Part shown: positions 24,140-26,731 of the stretch, in pieces | How the letters are laid out: each line of letters opens with the position of its first letter | How positions within the stretch are numbered: position 1 is the first letter of the stretch | Virus record (IMG/VR): IMGVR_UViG_3300020383_000023 | Location: 1-26,731 of that record | Source: a virus | Taxonomy: Duplodnaviria > Caudoviricetes | DNA length: 26,731 bases | Strand: one strand, 5' to 3' | Notes under the pieces: model-generated | What the model was told of the DNA's origin: nothing | The model's database searches: none | Seen by the model: only the letters and a program-made list of their open reading frames with translations | Made by a program: the position numbers and the translations under genes

Positions 24140-26731
24140 TTAAGCGACCTCTACTAATTTCCAACCGTTAGTTGCACCAGTATATATTAAACTGAATCCT
24201 GCGTGATTTGTAGTTACATTCATATCTTCTGCAAGATTCATAATGTCATTACCATTTCTACCAACAATTAAATTGTTTGTTTGGAATGTTCCTGCTAAAT
24301 CTAAAAATACAACACTATCTCCAACTAATGGAGTAGGAGGTAAATTAATTGTAGCAGCTGCTGTTTGTGTATTTACTAAAAATCTTTGTCCACTTGTAGC
24401 TGTAGTTAAAGTTGAACCATCTGCAACAACAGTCGTCCAAGGAGTTCCACCTCCAAGACCTGTCCAAGATGTTCCGTTATAACCTTCCCAATTATATATT
24501 GAGGCATTATATCGCAATGCACCAGCATATAAAGAACCACCCACAGGTCTTTGTCCTGTTGTTCCTGTTGGAGGAACCCAAGCACCTGTACCTGATTTAT
24601 CTCTAGTCATATATCCTAATACAGCATTTTCTGTTGGTACAGAACTGTTTGAATTTCCACCCATAGTTTCGTCTGTACTAAATTCGTTAATAGCGGCACC
24701 TAATTCTGCACCGATAGATCCAAGTTTTAATTCACTTAATCCTGAAAGGTTAAAGGCGTCTGCGTTTAATGTTGCAGTACCAGTTGCCTGTTCAATTTTA
24801 AATAAATCTCCAACTCTAAAGTCACCTTGTTGGTCAGTTGATACCCAATAGATACGACCACCATCTTCTTCAACAACTTCATCTGCCTGGTCGGCAGGTT
24901 GTATAGGTGTGTGTGGATAATTTGTAGATACAAAATCTCCAGTACCTATATTTAAGAAATCGTGACCAGTTAATCTTATGTTTGAAAATCCTTCAGAAAT
25001 AGCAGCTGCGATACTATCGCCTTTTGCTCTAGTTGATCCAATATCTTCCGTTAATCTTATTACAGCAGTTCCAGCAGTTACATCTTCTTCTGATACTAAC
25101 CCAACTCTAAAGTATTTGTCATCTCCTGCAAATTTAACATTACTTGCTAATTTTATTATATTATTTGAATAAAGACCATTAACTGGATATGTTTTATTTC
25201 CTTGATCGCAATTGAATAGCAAACCTTCCATAGTAACAACATCACCTGTTGTTAAACCGTGATTAGTGGTTGTGGTAACCGTTAACAATCCACTTAAATT
25301 ATTATAAGTTGTTCCAGCAGTTACAGCAACCGTAGTAGTATCTGGTTTTATAACCGAACCACCACTAACATATGTGTGTGCAAATTGAGAAATACCTAAA
25401 GGTGTTGTAAAGCTAGTAGCACCAGCTGTTGTAATTTCAAAAGTAGGTCTATCTGATTTAATTGCAAGTAAAGGACCTCTTTGTCCTTGTTGTGCAGGTG
25501 TACCAAAACCTGACGCCAAAGTAATTTGGAATGTTGATGAATCTTCTTTTTCTATTGTACAAGTTTCTCCGTCTTGGAAACTTCCACTAATATTTTCTAT
25601 GTGTAAGTATAATAAAGAGTTGTTAAATCTGAAAATTTTAGCAGTTGCACCTGAAGTATCCCCTTGGATAACAGCAGTACCTTGCCCTTGTACAGCAATA
25701 CTGTTTTCAATATCTAAAACAGTTGAACCTCCAAGGAATCCTGTTGCATCCCATTTCAACATCAAACCTCTAGTTTGAACATTGACTGGTGTTTCATCTT
25801 CGTCTGTACCTGAAGATACACACGCTCTTTCCCCATATGCGTGAGAACAGTTTAGTCCTCTAATAAATCCGCCTGATTCTGCCCAAATTGCCTTATCACA
25901 ATAATATATGAATACTGATACTGCCTCAACTCTTCCATTTCCTAAAATGTGAATACCAATACCATCACTATTGATTTGTGTAAAGTCATTACCCAACATT
26001 GATTTATAACTTCTTGTGTAAGTATTTCTGTGAAGATTACCGTCAACTTGCAATCCGCAAGCACCTGGGTTAACTGAAGTACAGTTTTGTATATAAGGTG
26101 ATTTAATTAAAATATTACCACTAGGGTCTAACGACATAACTGCCGATTCTATAACACCTTTTGGTAATTGTCTTTGACCTACATCTGTAATATTCCATTT
26201 AGCTCTGGATAAAGTAATATAATCTCCTGTTTGTAAATTGTGATCGGCACTTGTATTAACTGTTATTTCTCCAGTAGCGTGAGCAAATGCCATACTACCA
26301 ACTGCAATTGAAGTTCCTACTTTTGGATATATTTTTTCACCCATTGAACAAGTATATTTTAAATTTGCTACTTTGACAATATCAGTTGCTGATAATCCGT
26401 GAGCACCTGAAGTTGTTATTGTAATAACACCTGTAGCATTATTATATGGAGCGTCTGAAACTGTTAATGTTGAATTATCTGCTTTTCTAACTTGACCACC
26501 ACTAATATAAGTGTGTGCGAATGCTGATGTGTCTAAATCTATTGTAAATGAAGTACCATCTGGTGTACTTGCAACTGTAAATTCATCAAATTCACTAGTA
26601 ACTGAACCACCACTTACATAGTTATGAGCCGACTCTGCTATTGATGTAGGTACAGTAAATGAATCTGTAGCATTTACAGTAATTTGATATAATCCTCCAG
26701 CTCTTTTAGTACCAGAAAGATTTGTATATGT
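24140..26731 (-). CDS. Large tail-fibre/virion structural protein (5' end outside the window)
   Basis: The frame stays open for 129 more codons upstream of the track's start at 26344, to the window edge (...FAHTYISGGQVRKAD...GAHGLSATDIVKVANLKYTCSMGEK). Contains KSPYIQNCTS..DFTQINSDGIG, STDQQGDFRVG, VPPTGTTGQRP..GALRYN..WEGYNG fibre motifs and a gp34-like C-terminal module. Confidence 0.8.
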   Translation of the reverse strand, partial: TYTNLSGTKRAGGLYQITVNATDSFTVPTSIAESAHNYVSGGSVTSEFDEFTVASTPDGTSFTIDLDTSAFAHTYISGGQVRKADNSTLTVSDAPYNNATGVITITTSGAHGLSATDIVKVANLKYTCSMGEKIYPKVGTSIAVGSMAFAHATGEITVNTSADHNLQTGDYITLSRAKWNITDVGQRQLPKGVIESAVMSLDPSGNILIKSPYIQNCTSVNPGACGLQVDGNLHRNTYTRSYKSMLGNDFTQINSDGIGIHILGNGRVEAVSVFIYYCDKAIWAESGGFIRGLNCSHAYGERACVSSGTDEDETPVNVQTRGLMLKWDATGFLGGSTVLDIENSIAVQGQGTAVIQGDTSGATAKIFRFNNSLLYLHIENISGSFQDGETCTIEKEDSSTFQITLASGFGTPAQQGQRGPLLAIKSDRPTFEITTAGATSFTTPLGISQFAHTYVSGGSVIKPDTTTVAVTAGTTYNNLSGLLTVTTTTNHGLTTGDVVTMEGLLFNCDQGNKTYPVNGLYSNNIIKLASNVKFAGDDKYFRVGLVSEEDVTAGTAVIRLTEDIGSTRAKGDSIAAAISEGFSNIRLTGHDFLNIGTGDFVSTNYPHTPIQPADQADEVVEEDGGRIYWVSTDQQGDFRVGDLFKIEQATGTATLNADAFNLSGLSELKLGSIGAELGAAINEFSTDETMGGNSNSSVPTENAVLGYMTRDKSGTGAWVPPTGTTGQRPVGGSLYAGALRYNASIYNWEGYNGTSWTGLGGGTPWTTVVADGSTLTTATSGQRFLVNTQTAAATINLPPTPLVGDSVVFLDLAGTFQTNNLIVGRNGNDIMNLAEDMNVTTNHAGFSLIYTGATNGWKLVEVA

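Noticed and set aside
2880-25172. Plus-strand ORFs in the track (2880, 3263, 5989, 6286, 6563, 7789, 10183, 10582, 15770, 18802, 24243, 24412, 24978)
   Set aside because: All are antisense shadows of well-supported minus-strand genes, short, and without recognisable motifs.
26342-26344. Track start codon for the 734-aa ORF
   Set aside because: The frame is open to the window edge and the Met falls inside a repeat module, so it is internal.
1-26731. CRISPR array, tRNA, or DGR template/variable repeat pair
   Set aside because: Intergenic gaps are short and show no repeat-spacer pattern or cloverleaf; no reverse transcriptase is present; the fibre repeats are diverged at protein level. Inspected by eye only.

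Overview
AT-rich segment of a marine T4-like myovirus genome. The host is most plausibly an alphaproteobacterium such as SAR11/Pelagibacter; this is inferred from gene content and AT-richness, not demonstrated. All real genes lie on the minus strand. Read in transcription direction (right to left): a truncated large tail-fibre/structural protein, three more fibre or structural-type genes, a small hypothetical gene, a heme oxygenase + ferredoxin-dependent bilin reductase cassette (hemO-pcyX), neck genes gp13/gp14, gp15, terminase gp16, three inserted accessory genes, gp17, sheath gp18, tube gp19, portal gp20, four small head-region genes, protease gp21, scaffold gp22, major capsid gp23, gp3, uvsY, uvsW, an Sm-like hypothetical gene and the late sigma factor gp55 (truncated, missing from the ORF track). 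T4 late promoters (TATAAATA), sigma70-type promoters and two intrinsic terminators are visible. The most notable points are a bilin-synthesis cassette embedded in the late virion module, a symmetric divergent sigma70 promoter pair with an orphan antisense promoter next to gp55, repeated leaderless-mRNA promoter geometry, and an ATGA-coupled accessory chain leading into gp17.
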